DNA of 64,000 bases from a bacterium. GTDB taxonomy: Bacteria; UBA8248. This document shows, in pieces, positions 17,700 through 26,829 of the stretch. The stretch's first letter is position 1; each line of letters begins with the position of its first letter. The position numbers were made by a program, and so were the translations under genes. The notes beneath the pieces are model-generated. The model was not told where the DNA came from. It saw only the letters and a program-made list of their open reading frames with translations, and did no database searches. Where the stretch lies: assembly GCA_965203325.1 (NCBI GenBank), contig OZ241875.1, forward strand, positions 1,696,001 to 1,760,000, in the 5' to 3' direction.

Positions 17700-19568
17700 A
17701 TGACGTTCAGAGAGAAACCGATAAGCAAGCTTTACGCTTTCGCGCTGGCGGCGGTCTTCGCGCTGACGCTGGCCGGCTGCGGCGGCGGTGGCGGGACGGC
17801 TGCAGTTGAAGAGGAACCGCCCCCGATGCCGACCCCGCAAGAGATGTGCGAGTCTGACGGCGGCCGGTACAATGCGGACGGCACGTGCACCTCGGCTGAA
17901 GACCTGGCTACTGAGCGGGAAGCCAATGCCCTGGCCGCCGCCAAAGCCGCGGCGATGACGGCGTACGAAGCCGCGAAAACGGCGCTGGCCGCCGTCACGG
18001 ACGACGCGAGCCATGACATGGATTCCTACGGCAAGGCCGAAGAAGCCGTGGCCGAAGCGAAGGCGGCGAACGCCGTGGCCCAGGCGGCCACGACCTCCGC
18101 TGCGGCCGAAGACGCCCAGGCGCTCGCCGAGACGGCGCAAGCCAACGCCGAGATGTACGCCGGGATGGTGACGGCAGCGGCAACCAAGGCCGCTGCTCGG
18201 GTGGCGCAAGAGGCGGAGAACAAGGTGGCCGGGACGAAAGGAACGGCCATTGCGGCCGAAGGCACTCAGACGACCGACGCCGGTCTCGGCGGTTCAGATG
18301 CGCCAGCCCCCACAGCCGGGCAGGTTGCAGGCGAATATAACCTAGACATCAAGCATGATGGAGGTCAGGTCGTGACTATCACCATTGAAGGCGCGACCGA
18401 AGATGACAATGAAGTGATCATGGCGAACGACATGGGTATGCACGTTCGCACGCATGATGCGGATGATGACGGCAACGTGATGGAAGAGGTCGTGGTCGTC
18501 AGGACCGACATCGAAGCGCCTAAGGCGGTGGAGTTTGCGAAGTTCGAAGTTATGGCTGCAGACGGAACCGTAACGACGCCTCAAGAGCTGAACGTCAGCA
18601 CCGACACGACCAACGATACTCCTACCGCCACGAATGAAGCTCTGGGAATAGTTGGCGGTAACCTCGGAATGGTCAAGGCCAGCGCGTTCACGGCTCCCGC
18701 CGGAACCGTTGGAACTACCGTCCTTAGTTTCCAGCAGGCGGTAGCAGACGACGCTTCGACAACAGATGTGGATGAAAGCAGGGACGCCGCCGAGCTCGCG
18801 GGCACGTTCAACGGCTCGATGGGAACGTACAAGTGTAACGCTACTGCTGCATGCACAGTTACCGTCAATGCCATGGGTGTCGTAAGCGCCGTTTCGAATG
18901 ACAGTGACTGGGTTTTCATTCCCGCCACAGGCGCAACAACCGACCAGCCGGACTACGACTACTACCACTACGGCTTCTGGCTGAAGAAAACGACGGACGA
19001 AGACGGCGTGCTCACCTACAACGAGGTCGAGACCTTCGCGGGTTCAAGCGTTAACGCGAGCGGCGATGTTGCTACCGTTACGGGAAGCGCGACGTATGAA
19101 GGCGGCGCCGTGGGCGTGTACGTGAAAAACGTGTACAACTCCGACCGCACGCTCGACGTGGCCACCTCCGGCCACTTCACGGCGGACGTCAGCCTGACGG
19201 CGACCTTCGGTCAGGTAAACAATGCTGCCGGTACAGGAACCATCGCGCCGGACAAGCTCAACACCCTCACCGGCACCATCGACAACTTCGCATTGTCCGG
19301 CGGAGAGGATAACGATTGGTCGGTGGCCTTGCAGAGTGACGGTGATCCCAACGCGGCCGGCATCCAGGCCGACAGTGACGGGACCATGGCCGGCACGGCC
19401 AAGGGCGGCGATGGCGACGGCTCGTTCACCGCCATCTACCACGGGAGCCTGACGGCCGCGGCTGATGGAACGATTCCCAAGCCCGGTTCCGTGGTCGGCG
19501 AGTTCAACGCCGGCTTCACGGACGGCACCGTGGCCGGCGCGTTCGGCGCGCGGCGGGTTGACAACTAG
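17700..19568 (+). CDS. Surface lipoprotein with an Ala-rich helical region and a C-terminal TbpB/fHbp-like beta-barrel
   Basis: AGGAGG RBS; lipobox LAGC plus poly-Gly linker; GSATYEGGAVG...FTADVSLTATF...TGTIDNF...VVGEF...VAGAFGARR terminus. Confidence 0.75.
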   Translation: MTFREKPISKLYAFALAAVFALTLAGCGGGGGTAAVEEEPPPMPTPQEMCESDGGRYNADGTCTSAEDLATEREANALAAAKAAAMTAYEAAKTALAAVTDDASHDMDSYGKAEEAVAEAKAANAVAQAATTSAAAEDAQALAETAQANAEMYAGMVTAAATKAAARVAQEAENKVAGTKGTAIAAEGTQTTDAGLGGSDAPAPTAGQVAGEYNLDIKHDGGQVVTITIEGATEDDNEVIMANDMGMHVRTHDADDDGNVMEEVVVVRTDIEAPKAVEFAKFEVMAADGTVTTPQELNVSTDTTNDTPTATNEALGIVGGNLGMVKASAFTAPAGTVGTTVLSFQQAVADDASTTDVDESRDAAELAGTFNGSMGTYKCNATAACTVTVNAMGVVSAVSNDSDWVFIPATGATTDQPDYDYYHYGFWLKKTTDEDGVLTYNEVETFAGSSVNASGDVATVTGSATYEGGAVGVYVKNVYNSDRTLDVATSGHFTADVSLTATFGQVNNAAGTGTIAPDKLNTLTGTIDNFALSGGEDNDWSVALQSDGDPNAAGIQADSDGTMAGTAKGGDGDGSFTAIYHGSLTAAADGTIPKPGSVVGEFNAGFTDGTVAGAFGARRVDN

Positions 19569-19583
19569 AAGTTTGAAGCAGGA

Positions 19584-19806
19584 CGCCTATGGCTTCGGGG
19601 CTTCACGGCCCCGGGGCCCAAGGCGATATGAGGAGAGCGGAAAGGGGGTTGCCCGTTGGTTGCTTCCCTCGTGAGAGCAAACTGTACCGCTCCTGGTTGT
19701 GAGTTTGAGTCCTCGAGCCGGGAGGGGGAACAACGGGCGGCCCCTGTTTTCGCTTCATGAAAGCAGCCGACACCCCGACTCGGCCTGCACCTCGGGGATC
19801 GTGTCG
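19584..19806 (+). ncRNA. Candidate structured RNA or 3' UTR downstream of the lipoprotein gene
   Basis: Three long stems, each with G-U wobbles on the + strand, and a CTC-GTGA-GAG GNRA tetraloop. Confidence 0.4.
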
Positions 19807-19879
19807 CAGCAATTCCCATCTTCAGGGGTTTTTTCAACCCCTTTAAGCAGCCCTTTGCGGGGTGTCGGCCCTTTTTTCC

Positions 19880-20210
19880 TTGAAAGGCAAACCCTCCCTC
19901 ATCGGTCGGGTTTGACCCCCAACCCCCCCTTAACCAGGGGGGTAAAAACAAAAAACCCTCTGAAGCAGTGGGGTACGATGGTTTTGTAGGGGTCGCATAT
20001 ATGCGACCCTGGTTTTTTGCCCTCGACACGGGCCGCATATATGCGGCCCCTACAAAAGGCGTAATCGCCGTAGGGACACGGGCCCCGGACAAGCACAGGG
20101 GCCTGTCCCTACAGAATCGCAACGAACCCGTAGGGGCGCTTCGTGAAGCGCCCGTTTCTCCGGCAAGGGTCGTTCACGAATATGGGCGGTTCGCGAACCG
20201 CCCCTACAGC
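19880..20210. repeat. REP-like hairpin cluster
   Basis: Multiple GTAGGGG.../...CCCCTAC hairpins; ~19920-19990 resembles ~22280-22350. Confidence 0.8.
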
Positions 20211-20262
20211 GGGTGCGGCGTTTGATCGTCATGCCGGCGAAGGCGTCGGCGTTCGTCGAAGC

Positions 20263-22131
20263 CTATTTCGCAGCCGTATCGGACAGGGCATCCGGATCAG
20301 CCGCGTCCCCGCCCCCGCTCTCATGCACGCTCTCCCCGCGATGCAGCCGGCGGGCGATGGTCGCGGTCTGGTACCTGGCGCGCTGGGTCGGGGAATGCGC
20401 GGCGAGAAAGCGGGCCACGGCGATCAGAATGTGACAGCCTTCAGGCTCACCCGCCCACTCGCGGTACTGCTGCACGCCCGCCTCGTACATCTGGAACATG
20501 TGAAAGCTCGCGTCCTCGCGCAGGAGCGCATGGCCGAGCGTCGCGATGATACCTGCGGGGTCGTGGCCCTCGTCCAAATACCGGGCGACCAGCCGCGCCG
20601 CCGGCTGGACCTGCTGCTGGCGGTCCATCACGTCGAGCAGGCCCTGGCGGAGCGCCGCCGCGTCTTCGGGGAGCCGGGCCAGCGCCGCAGGCTCCTCCTC
20701 CGGCAGCCGGGCCGGGGGCACGTTGAGAAAGCGATTCGTGTAGACCGCCATGGCGCCGTGGTACACGCCGCGCACCACGTCGCCCTGGACCTCGGGCGGC
20801 GTCTCGCCCGCCGCGGTGATGCGCTTCAGAACCTGATGCAACGCGTTGGCGTAGGTGAAGGCGTGAAGCGCCGCGTTCCAGTCGGAAAACTCGTTCGAGG
20901 TGCCGAAGCGCGCCACGCGGATAGCCGCCGCATAAGCGAGCGAGCGGGAGAGGTCCGTCGGCCGGGCGCCGGCGGCGACCGCGGCGCCCAAGGCGGCGAT
21001 GATGGGCCCGGCCTCCTCGCCGAGGATGGCCCCGGCCAGCGCGCGGTGATCCCGCCAGACGCCCTTCGCCTCCCCCCCTTTCCTGAAAAGCTTGGGCAAC
21101 TCGGCGAAGGCCGCCTCCAGGAGGGGCACCAGATCGAGCGGGTGGCGCCAGGCGTTCGCCTCCTCCTCGCCGCGCGCCGCCACCATGGTCTTGACCACCG
21201 TGGGCAGGATGGCCTCGGCGTGTCGCCAGCCGATGGTATCGAGGCACTCCATCGCCTTGTTGATGAAATCGAGGCTGTGGCCGCGATCGGCGTAGTAGCG
21301 ATCGGTCTGTGCGGTGATCAGGAGCGCGGCGAGCTCCGCGGGCGTCGCGCCGGCGGCGATCGCGGTGAGCACGGTGCGCTCCGCGCCGTCGCGGTGGCGC
21401 ACCAGGGACCAGTGCCGGAGCCAGTCCCGCAGGGTGTCCGCAGGCGGCGCGGCCCCGGCCAGGGGCTTGCGGTCGCGGCGCGGCATCTCGCCGGCGCAGT
21501 CGCCGGCCACCTCGGAGATGCCCTTGAACAGCGCGAGATAGCGGTCGTCCTCATCGAGGGCCGGCAACACGTTCGCCAGCGCGGCCAGAATCGTCGAACC
21601 GGCGCTCCAGTCGTCGCGGTTCCGCGCGCCGAACAGGAAGGCGTCGGCGAGGATATTGGCGCTCGCAACGGATCGATCGAGCAGGCCGAGCACCGCCTTC
21701 CCGGACACCAGGTCCAGGTCGTGCGCCATGGCGTCGCCGAGCCGCGTGCGCCAATAGTCGCCCTCGTCAGGATAACTGCAATCGGCCGCGACCCAGACCG
21801 CGTCGCCCCGCACCTCGACCCTGGCCCTCGGCACGTCGTCGGCCCACAGATCAAAGGTGCAACCGCTCTCGAGATCGAAGCGGGCGTGATGCCAGTGGCA
21901 GGTGAGGATGCCGTTCTCCACCGACCCCCGGTGGAGCGGGAAGCCGAGATGGGGACAGCGGTTGTCGAGCGCGTGAAGGCGGCCCCCCTCATACACCACG
22001 AGGATGGGATGGCGCCGGCCGCTCACCACTTTCATGCGCTCCCGCTTGAGCTCATCAAGTGCGCCGACACGAATGAAATCGCCCGCCCTTATCGACTTGC
22101 GGCGGGATTCCGGCTTGCGTTCCGTCATCAT
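20263..22131 (-). CDS. Rieske [2Fe-2S] domain protein with a large helical C-terminal region
   Basis: NRCPHLG...TCHWHHARF Rieske motif in the N-terminal ~110 aa. Confidence 0.85.
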   Translation of the reverse strand: MMTERKPESRRKSIRAGDFIRVGALDELKRERMKVVSGRRHPILVVYEGGRLHALDNRCPHLGFPLHRGSVENGILTCHWHHARFDLESGCTFDLWADDVPRARVEVRGDAVWVAADCSYPDEGDYWRTRLGDAMAHDLDLVSGKAVLGLLDRSVASANILADAFLFGARNRDDWSAGSTILAALANVLPALDEDDRYLALFKGISEVAGDCAGEMPRRDRKPLAGAAPPADTLRDWLRHWSLVRHRDGAERTVLTAIAAGATPAELAALLITAQTDRYYADRGHSLDFINKAMECLDTIGWRHAEAILPTVVKTMVAARGEEEANAWRHPLDLVPLLEAAFAELPKLFRKGGEAKGVWRDHRALAGAILGEEAGPIIAALGAAVAAGARPTDLSRSLAYAAAIRVARFGTSNEFSDWNAALHAFTYANALHQVLKRITAAGETPPEVQGDVVRGVYHGAMAVYTNRFLNVPPARLPEEEPAALARLPEDAAALRQGLLDVMDRQQQVQPAARLVARYLDEGHDPAGIIATLGHALLREDASFHMFQMYEAGVQQYREWAGEPEGCHILIAVARFLAAHSPTQRARYQTATIARRLHRGESVHESGGGDAADPDALSDTAAK

Positions 22132-22436
22132 CCCTCCATTCCGCGCGGGGCGGGGAGGCTTCGCCGCCTCGTTCGTCCCCGAACGTCCGCAACACCCTAC
22201 CGGCGGAACAGCTCCCCGGCAAGAGCAAGTCCTTAGGGGATAAAGGACAGCCCCTCCTCGGGGCTGTCCTGCCCCCCCTACCCCCCCTTAACAGGGGGGT
22301 AAAAACAAAAAACCCCCTGAAACAGTGGGTGTATGATGGTTTTGTAGGGGCGGACCCGTGTGTCCGCCCAATCGCTCGGACGAGAACACGGAAAAACGGA
22401 AACCCTCCCGCCCTGATTGGAACTGGCCCCGCCGCC

Positions 22437-22648
22437 GTCATTCCGGCGAAAGCCGGAATCCATTTTCGTCTTTATCTTTGGCCTTTTGCCGGACGTCCTC
22501 TCTCCCGACCGGGGAAGATACGGACGCCGCCATATATCCGCCTCATCCGTTCCGGATTCGGACGTGGCGCTCCCTCCCGCGAGTCGGAATCAAATGCGAA
22601 AACGAAAGCAAAAATCATAAAATGGATTCCGGCTTTCGCCGGAATGAC
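22437..22648. repeat. Family A MITE-like element
   Basis: Inverted termini; homologous to 5409-5623. Confidence 0.85.
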
Positions 22649-22721
22649 GGTGGTTTATCTCGGGCAATGAGGAAAAACGCAAGGACAGGTCGCGACCCCG
22701 GACAGGCACAGGGGCCTGTCC

Positions 22722-22928
22722 CTACGTCCCGCGTATCTCGACGACCCTGCCCGCGCCCGAAACGTCCACATCCTGGACGTCCACGGAGAGGCATCCCTCG
22801 ACCGCCTCGTAGAGATTGCTCAACAACTCCTCGAACGTATCTCCCTGCGTCGCACACCCGGGGACGGCCGGGACTTCGGCCCAATATCCACCTTCTTCCG
22901 CCTCGTGAACGACTACCTTGAGTTTCAC
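22722..22928 (-). CDS. hicB: HicB-family antitoxin (short, orphan)
   Basis: KLKVVVHEAEEGGYWAEVPAVPGCATQGDTFEELLSNLYEAV; GTG start at 22928. Confidence 0.8.
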   Translation of the reverse strand: MKLKVVVHEAEEGGYWAEVPAVPGCATQGDTFEELLSNLYEAVEGCLSVDVQDVDVSGAGRVVEIRGT

Positions 22929-23144
22929 GGGTTCCCCTCCCTTCGCTCGACGTCGGGCAAATTCAGCAATTTTCACCCTCAAGGCCCGGCCTGCGAACAT
23001 TCATTCGAACTTATGCTGCGGCTCTCCACAATATCCATTCAGGAACCGACGATTCGCACCTGCGTCCGAGTGTACCACAATGACGGCCATCTGCGGTTGC
23101 GGGGTCGCAAGGACAAACGCGGAGGCCTGTCTGGAAACACCCCC

Positions 23145-23546
23145 CTACCCCGCCTGTTCCCGCTCCATGTCCGCCGCGAGGTCCCGCTGATCGACGAAAT
23201 GCGTGTCCTCGTGCAGGTAGCCCGCGAAATTATCCAAGCGGATGGGGCCTGCGGCCTCGAAGGCCACCGTGTCTTCGAGATAGTCCGCCTGGTGCTCGGT
23301 GTGCGGCGGCACGTACCAGACGTCGCCGGGCTTCAAGACCGCCACCGGGTCGTCGCCCGCCTGCACGCGGGCGGAGCCGCTGATGAGGCAGAAAATCTGC
23401 TCCGCCTCGTGGTGGTGCCTGCGGGTGGAATTCCCGCCTTTCGCGTGGATGTAGCTGATCATGCAGTGCTTCCCGCTCACGAGGCCGACTTCCACCCCCG
23501 GGAAGGGCACCTTCACAGGCAGTTCGTCCCAATTCGTCACCGGCAT
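23145..23546 (-). CDS. Cupin domain protein
   Basis: HHHEAEQ...PGDVWYVPPHTEH motifs; AAGGAG RBS. Confidence 0.88.
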   Translation of the reverse strand: MPVTNWDELPVKVPFPGVEVGLVSGKHCMISYIHAKGGNSTRRHHHEAEQIFCLISGSARVQAGDDPVAVLKPGDVWYVPPHTEHQADYLEDTVAFEAAGPIRLDNFAGYLHEDTHFVDQRDLAADMEREQAG

Positions 23547-23695
23547 TTTCGTCTCCTTTTTGTGAATCCAATCAAGCAAAGTTGACAGTATCTAAAAGTA
23601 TAAATATACATGTCAAAACTACTCTCATTTACATAATTCATACGCTCAAGAAAAGAAATGTCAGAAGCGATAAATCCTTATGGTGCTCTGGAAGG

Positions 23696-23914
23696 ATGAA
23701 AGGCATGAAAACCGGAAATCTTTCAAGGGATAATACAATCGAAAGATTGTCAGATGAAGAAGACAGATTGGCTCTTCTGGAAATGGCCAAAGAAGAAAAC
23801 AACCCGAAATTTTACAGACACATATTAAAGCTGGTCGAGGATGCTCGAAAAGGCAACCCCCCCTACCCCCCCTTAACAGGGGAGCAAGAAAAAGCAAAAC
23901 CCTCAGCCCCCTGA
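23696..23914 (+). CDS. Small hypothetical protein in an AT-rich patch, possibly a fragment
   Basis: 72-aa charged helical ORF; the C-terminus runs into a repeat. Confidence 0.3.
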   Translation: MKGMKTGNLSRDNTIERLSDEEDRLALLEMAKEENNPKFYRHILKLVEDARKGNPPYPPLTGEQEKAKPSAP

Positions 23915-24058
23915 AAAACCCCGTATGAAGCCCCTCCGCAGATCACTCTACGCGGAGTAGAATAACAAATTCACTCCCCCCTTGAGGGGGTTGTCACCTC
24001 CTGCCGAAGTGAAAGAATCAACTCCCCCCTTGAGGGGGAGTCACAGAGGCCGAGCGGT

Positions 24059-25445
24059 GAGTTACTGTCAAATGTTGTGTATGGCCGTCTTGAGTTCAGC
24101 GGCCTCCCTGCCGGTTTGTTTTTCGTTCATCCCATCGATGAACCTCACGTCGGTGATCACGTCGGCCAGCTGGCGCAAGCCGCCCAGCCGCCCCCATCGC
24201 TTCTCGGCGCTCATGGCGAGTTGGTGAATCAGGCTCAGCGCCGTCTTCTCGCTCAGGCAGTTCCTCGTCTTCGCCGTTCGCAGCCGGATCGTGGCGAAGG
24301 TCGACTCGATCGGGTTCGTCGTCCGAATGCTCCGCCAGTGCGCCGCCGGGAAGTCGTAGAAGGCGAACAACTCCTCGCGGTCCCTCGACAGGCACGCGGC
24401 GGCCTTGGGATACTTCGCCTCCCAGGTGGCGAGAAAGCGTTCGAACGCCTTCTCCGCATGCGCGCGGGTCTCCGCCCTCCACATCTCATACAGCATCGGC
24501 CTCGCTTCGACCTGAGCGCTCTTGGGCAGCTTGTCGAGAACGTTCGCCGTCTTGTGCACCCAGCAGCGCTGCGCCCGGGTCCCGGGGTACACCTCGGCCA
24601 GCGCCGACCACAACCCCAGCCCCCCGTCGCCCACGGCGAGCTTCGCCGCCTTCACGCCCCGCTCCCGCAGGCGCAACAAAACCGCCTTCCAGCTCTCCTT
24701 CGATTCACGGAACCCCGCCTCCAGGGCCAGGAAGCGCTTGCGGCCTCGCGCGTCGCAGCCCACGACCACCAGAAGGCAGCGCCGCTCCCCGCTGCGAACG
24801 TTCACGTAGATGCCGTCCGCCCACAGATACGCGAACTCCTCCCCGTGCCACGCCCGCTCGCGCCACTGCGCGTACTCGCGCTCCCAGCCCTCCTTGAGCC
24901 GCGAGACGCTCGCCGGGGACAAGCCCCCCACCGACTCGCCGAACAGCGCCGTGAGCGCCTCGCCGAAGTCGTTCGTCGATACCCCCTTCAGGTACAGCCA
25001 CGGTATCACCGCTTCCACGCGCCGCGTCTTGCGCAGATACGGCGGCAGCAACTCCGAGCGGAAACGCCGCCCCGACCCCGACCTGTCCCGCGTCCGGGGC
25101 ACCTGGACACGCACCGGACCCACTCCCGTCAACACCTCCCGCGACGGCAGATACCCGTTGCGAACCACCGCGCGGCGGCCCTGCGCGTCACGATCGCCCG
25201 CATATTCTTCGAGAAACGCCGCCAACTCCGCTTCCACCGCCTGGCGGATGATTCGTCGCGCGCCCGCGCGCAACAGTTCGCTCAACTCGTCCCGTAGGGC
25301 TGGATTCTTCATGGGAATCGTCGTATCTTCTCTCATGGTGGCGCATCTCCTTGTGCTGAATGACCGGGCTATTTGGCAAACCCTATTTCAGCAGGATGCG
25401 CCGCCTTCTTCAATTCAGCCCATACACAAGTTTTGAGCGTAACTC
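24059..25445 (-). mobile_element. IS256-family insertion sequence
   Basis: Imperfect IRs GAGTTAC..TCAAA..TTGTGTATGG at both ends; 9-bp TSD CCGAGCGGT at 24050-58 and 25446-54. Confidence 0.93.
24068..25336 (-). CDS. IS256-family (Mutator) transposase
   Basis: RNGY, LYLKGVSTNDF, YLWADG, GDGGLG, QRCWVHK and RTTNPIES motifs. Confidence 0.95.
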   Translation of the reverse strand: MREDTTIPMKNPALRDELSELLRAGARRIIRQAVEAELAAFLEEYAGDRDAQGRRAVVRNGYLPSREVLTGVGPVRVQVPRTRDRSGSGRRFRSELLPPYLRKTRRVEAVIPWLYLKGVSTNDFGEALTALFGESVGGLSPASVSRLKEGWEREYAQWRERAWHGEEFAYLWADGIYVNVRSGERRCLLVVVGCDARGRKRFLALEAGFRESKESWKAVLLRLRERGVKAAKLAVGDGGLGLWSALAEVYPGTRAQRCWVHKTANVLDKLPKSAQVEARPMLYEMWRAETRAHAEKAFERFLATWEAKYPKAAACLSRDREELFAFYDFPAAHWRSIRTTNPIESTFATIRLRTAKTRNCLSEKTALSLIHQLAMSAEKRWGRLGGLRQLADVITDVRFIDGMNEKQTGREAAELKTAIHNI

Positions 25446-25736
25446 CCGAGCGGTTTGTGCGAAGGCCGATGTGGTGGGGGGAGTTTTTTCTGTGGCATGT
25501 CCCCCCACCGAATCGCTTGCGGGCTTCGCCCTTAGCTCTTCGACTCCCCCTCAAGGGGGGAGTTGATCCTTTTTTGCGGGGGTTGCCTTTTTATACCCCC
25601 CTGACAAGGGGGGGGTTGGTTTTCAAGGTCCTCGGACAGGCACGGGGTCCCCGGACAGGTCGCGACCTCGGACAGGCTCTAGGGCCTGTCCGCTACAATT
25701 CCTCGCGCCTCAATCGCGTTTGACCACCCACCCCAC

Positions 25737-26645
25737 CTATACCTCCTGCAGCCTCCTCACGGCCTCGGCGGGCAGGGGTTCGCCGCATGCGGCGTTCTGC
25801 CGGGACTGCTCGGGCGTCCGGATGCCCGGAATCACGCAGCTCACGTTCTCGTTCGAGACGCAGAAGCGAATGGCCGCCTGGGCCGCCGAAACCCCGAGAT
25901 TCTCCGCCACCTCGCGGGTGCGGGCGAGCTGGGCCTGGAACTTGCGGATGTTCTCGGGCGAGAGGATGCCCTTTCTCCGGTCGCCTTCGGCGAACTCGAA
26001 CGCCTCGTCGATGCGGCCCGAGAGGAAGCCCCGCTTGAGCGGCACGCGGGATATGACGCCGACGTCCGCCGCGCGCGCGCGGGCGAAGGCGGGCGCCGCC
26101 TCCTGGCTGATGACGTTGTACTCCATCTGCATGGTGGCGGGCTTGTCCTGCTCCGCGGCGAGGTTGCATTCCTCCACCGTGTTGATCGAAACGCCCCAGT
26201 GTTTGATCTTCCCGTCGTCCTTCGCCTTCTCCAGCAGCGCGTAGCTGTCCTCGGCCGCCATGTTGTCGACGCCCGGGTTGTGGAGCTGGTAGTAGTCGAT
26301 AACGTCCATCCCGAGGCGCTTCAGGCTCCCCTCGAGGCAGCCCGCGATGTACTCGGGATTGAAATTGCGCTGGCCCGTCGACATGTCGTTCCCGCCCTTG
26401 GTGAAGATGAGGATATCGGCGCGGTCTGTCCGCTCGTTCAGGAACTTGCCGATGACGGTCTCGCTGTGGCCGACGCCGTAGGCGTCGGACGTATCGATGA
26501 AGTTCATGCCCGAATCGATGGCCGCGTGCAGGGCGCGGTTGGACTCGCCGTCGTCCACCGGGCCGAAGACGCCGCCGATGGTCATGGCGCCGAACCCGAT
26601 GACCGTGACCTCCAGACCCGTGCGTCCGAGTGTTCTTTTTTCCAT
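25737..26645 (-). CDS. Aldo/keto reductase
   Basis: RTLGRTGLEV..IGFG, FIDTSDAYG and SLKRL..DVIDYYQLH motifs. Confidence 0.92.
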   Translation of the reverse strand: MEKRTLGRTGLEVTVIGFGAMTIGGVFGPVDDGESNRALHAAIDSGMNFIDTSDAYGVGHSETVIGKFLNERTDRADILIFTKGGNDMSTGQRNFNPEYIAGCLEGSLKRLGMDVIDYYQLHNPGVDNMAAEDSYALLEKAKDDGKIKHWGVSINTVEECNLAAEQDKPATMQMEYNVISQEAAPAFARARAADVGVISRVPLKRGFLSGRIDEAFEFAEGDRRKGILSPENIRKFQAQLARTREVAENLGVSAAQAAIRFCVSNENVSCVIPGIRTPEQSRQNAACGEPLPAEAVRRLQEV

Positions 26646-26829
26646 TTTTTTCTCCATAAAAGAAGGCAAAATTTCAACAATCCGGCGGGCCGTTTCAGGA
26701 AAACCCTGAACCGTTACCGGAAAACAGTGATTGCGTGGATGCGCGCGAAGGCGGGGGTATCATAGCTTTCATGCCGCGGGATAAGCAATCGAACTTGCAT
26801 ATGCGGTGTGGGGGGAGGCGCGTGGGTTT

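Noticed and set aside
20143..22236. Long antisense or alternate-frame ORFs (e.g. 20143-22236, 7248-8741, 15232-16512, 24077-25297, 30316-31542)
   Set aside because: These are shadow ORFs of high-GC genes on the opposite strand, with no recognisable motifs.
23582..23616. TTGACA...TGTCAA inverted pair as a recombination site
   Set aside because: More simply explained as overlapping divergent -35 elements or an operator; no partner site was found.
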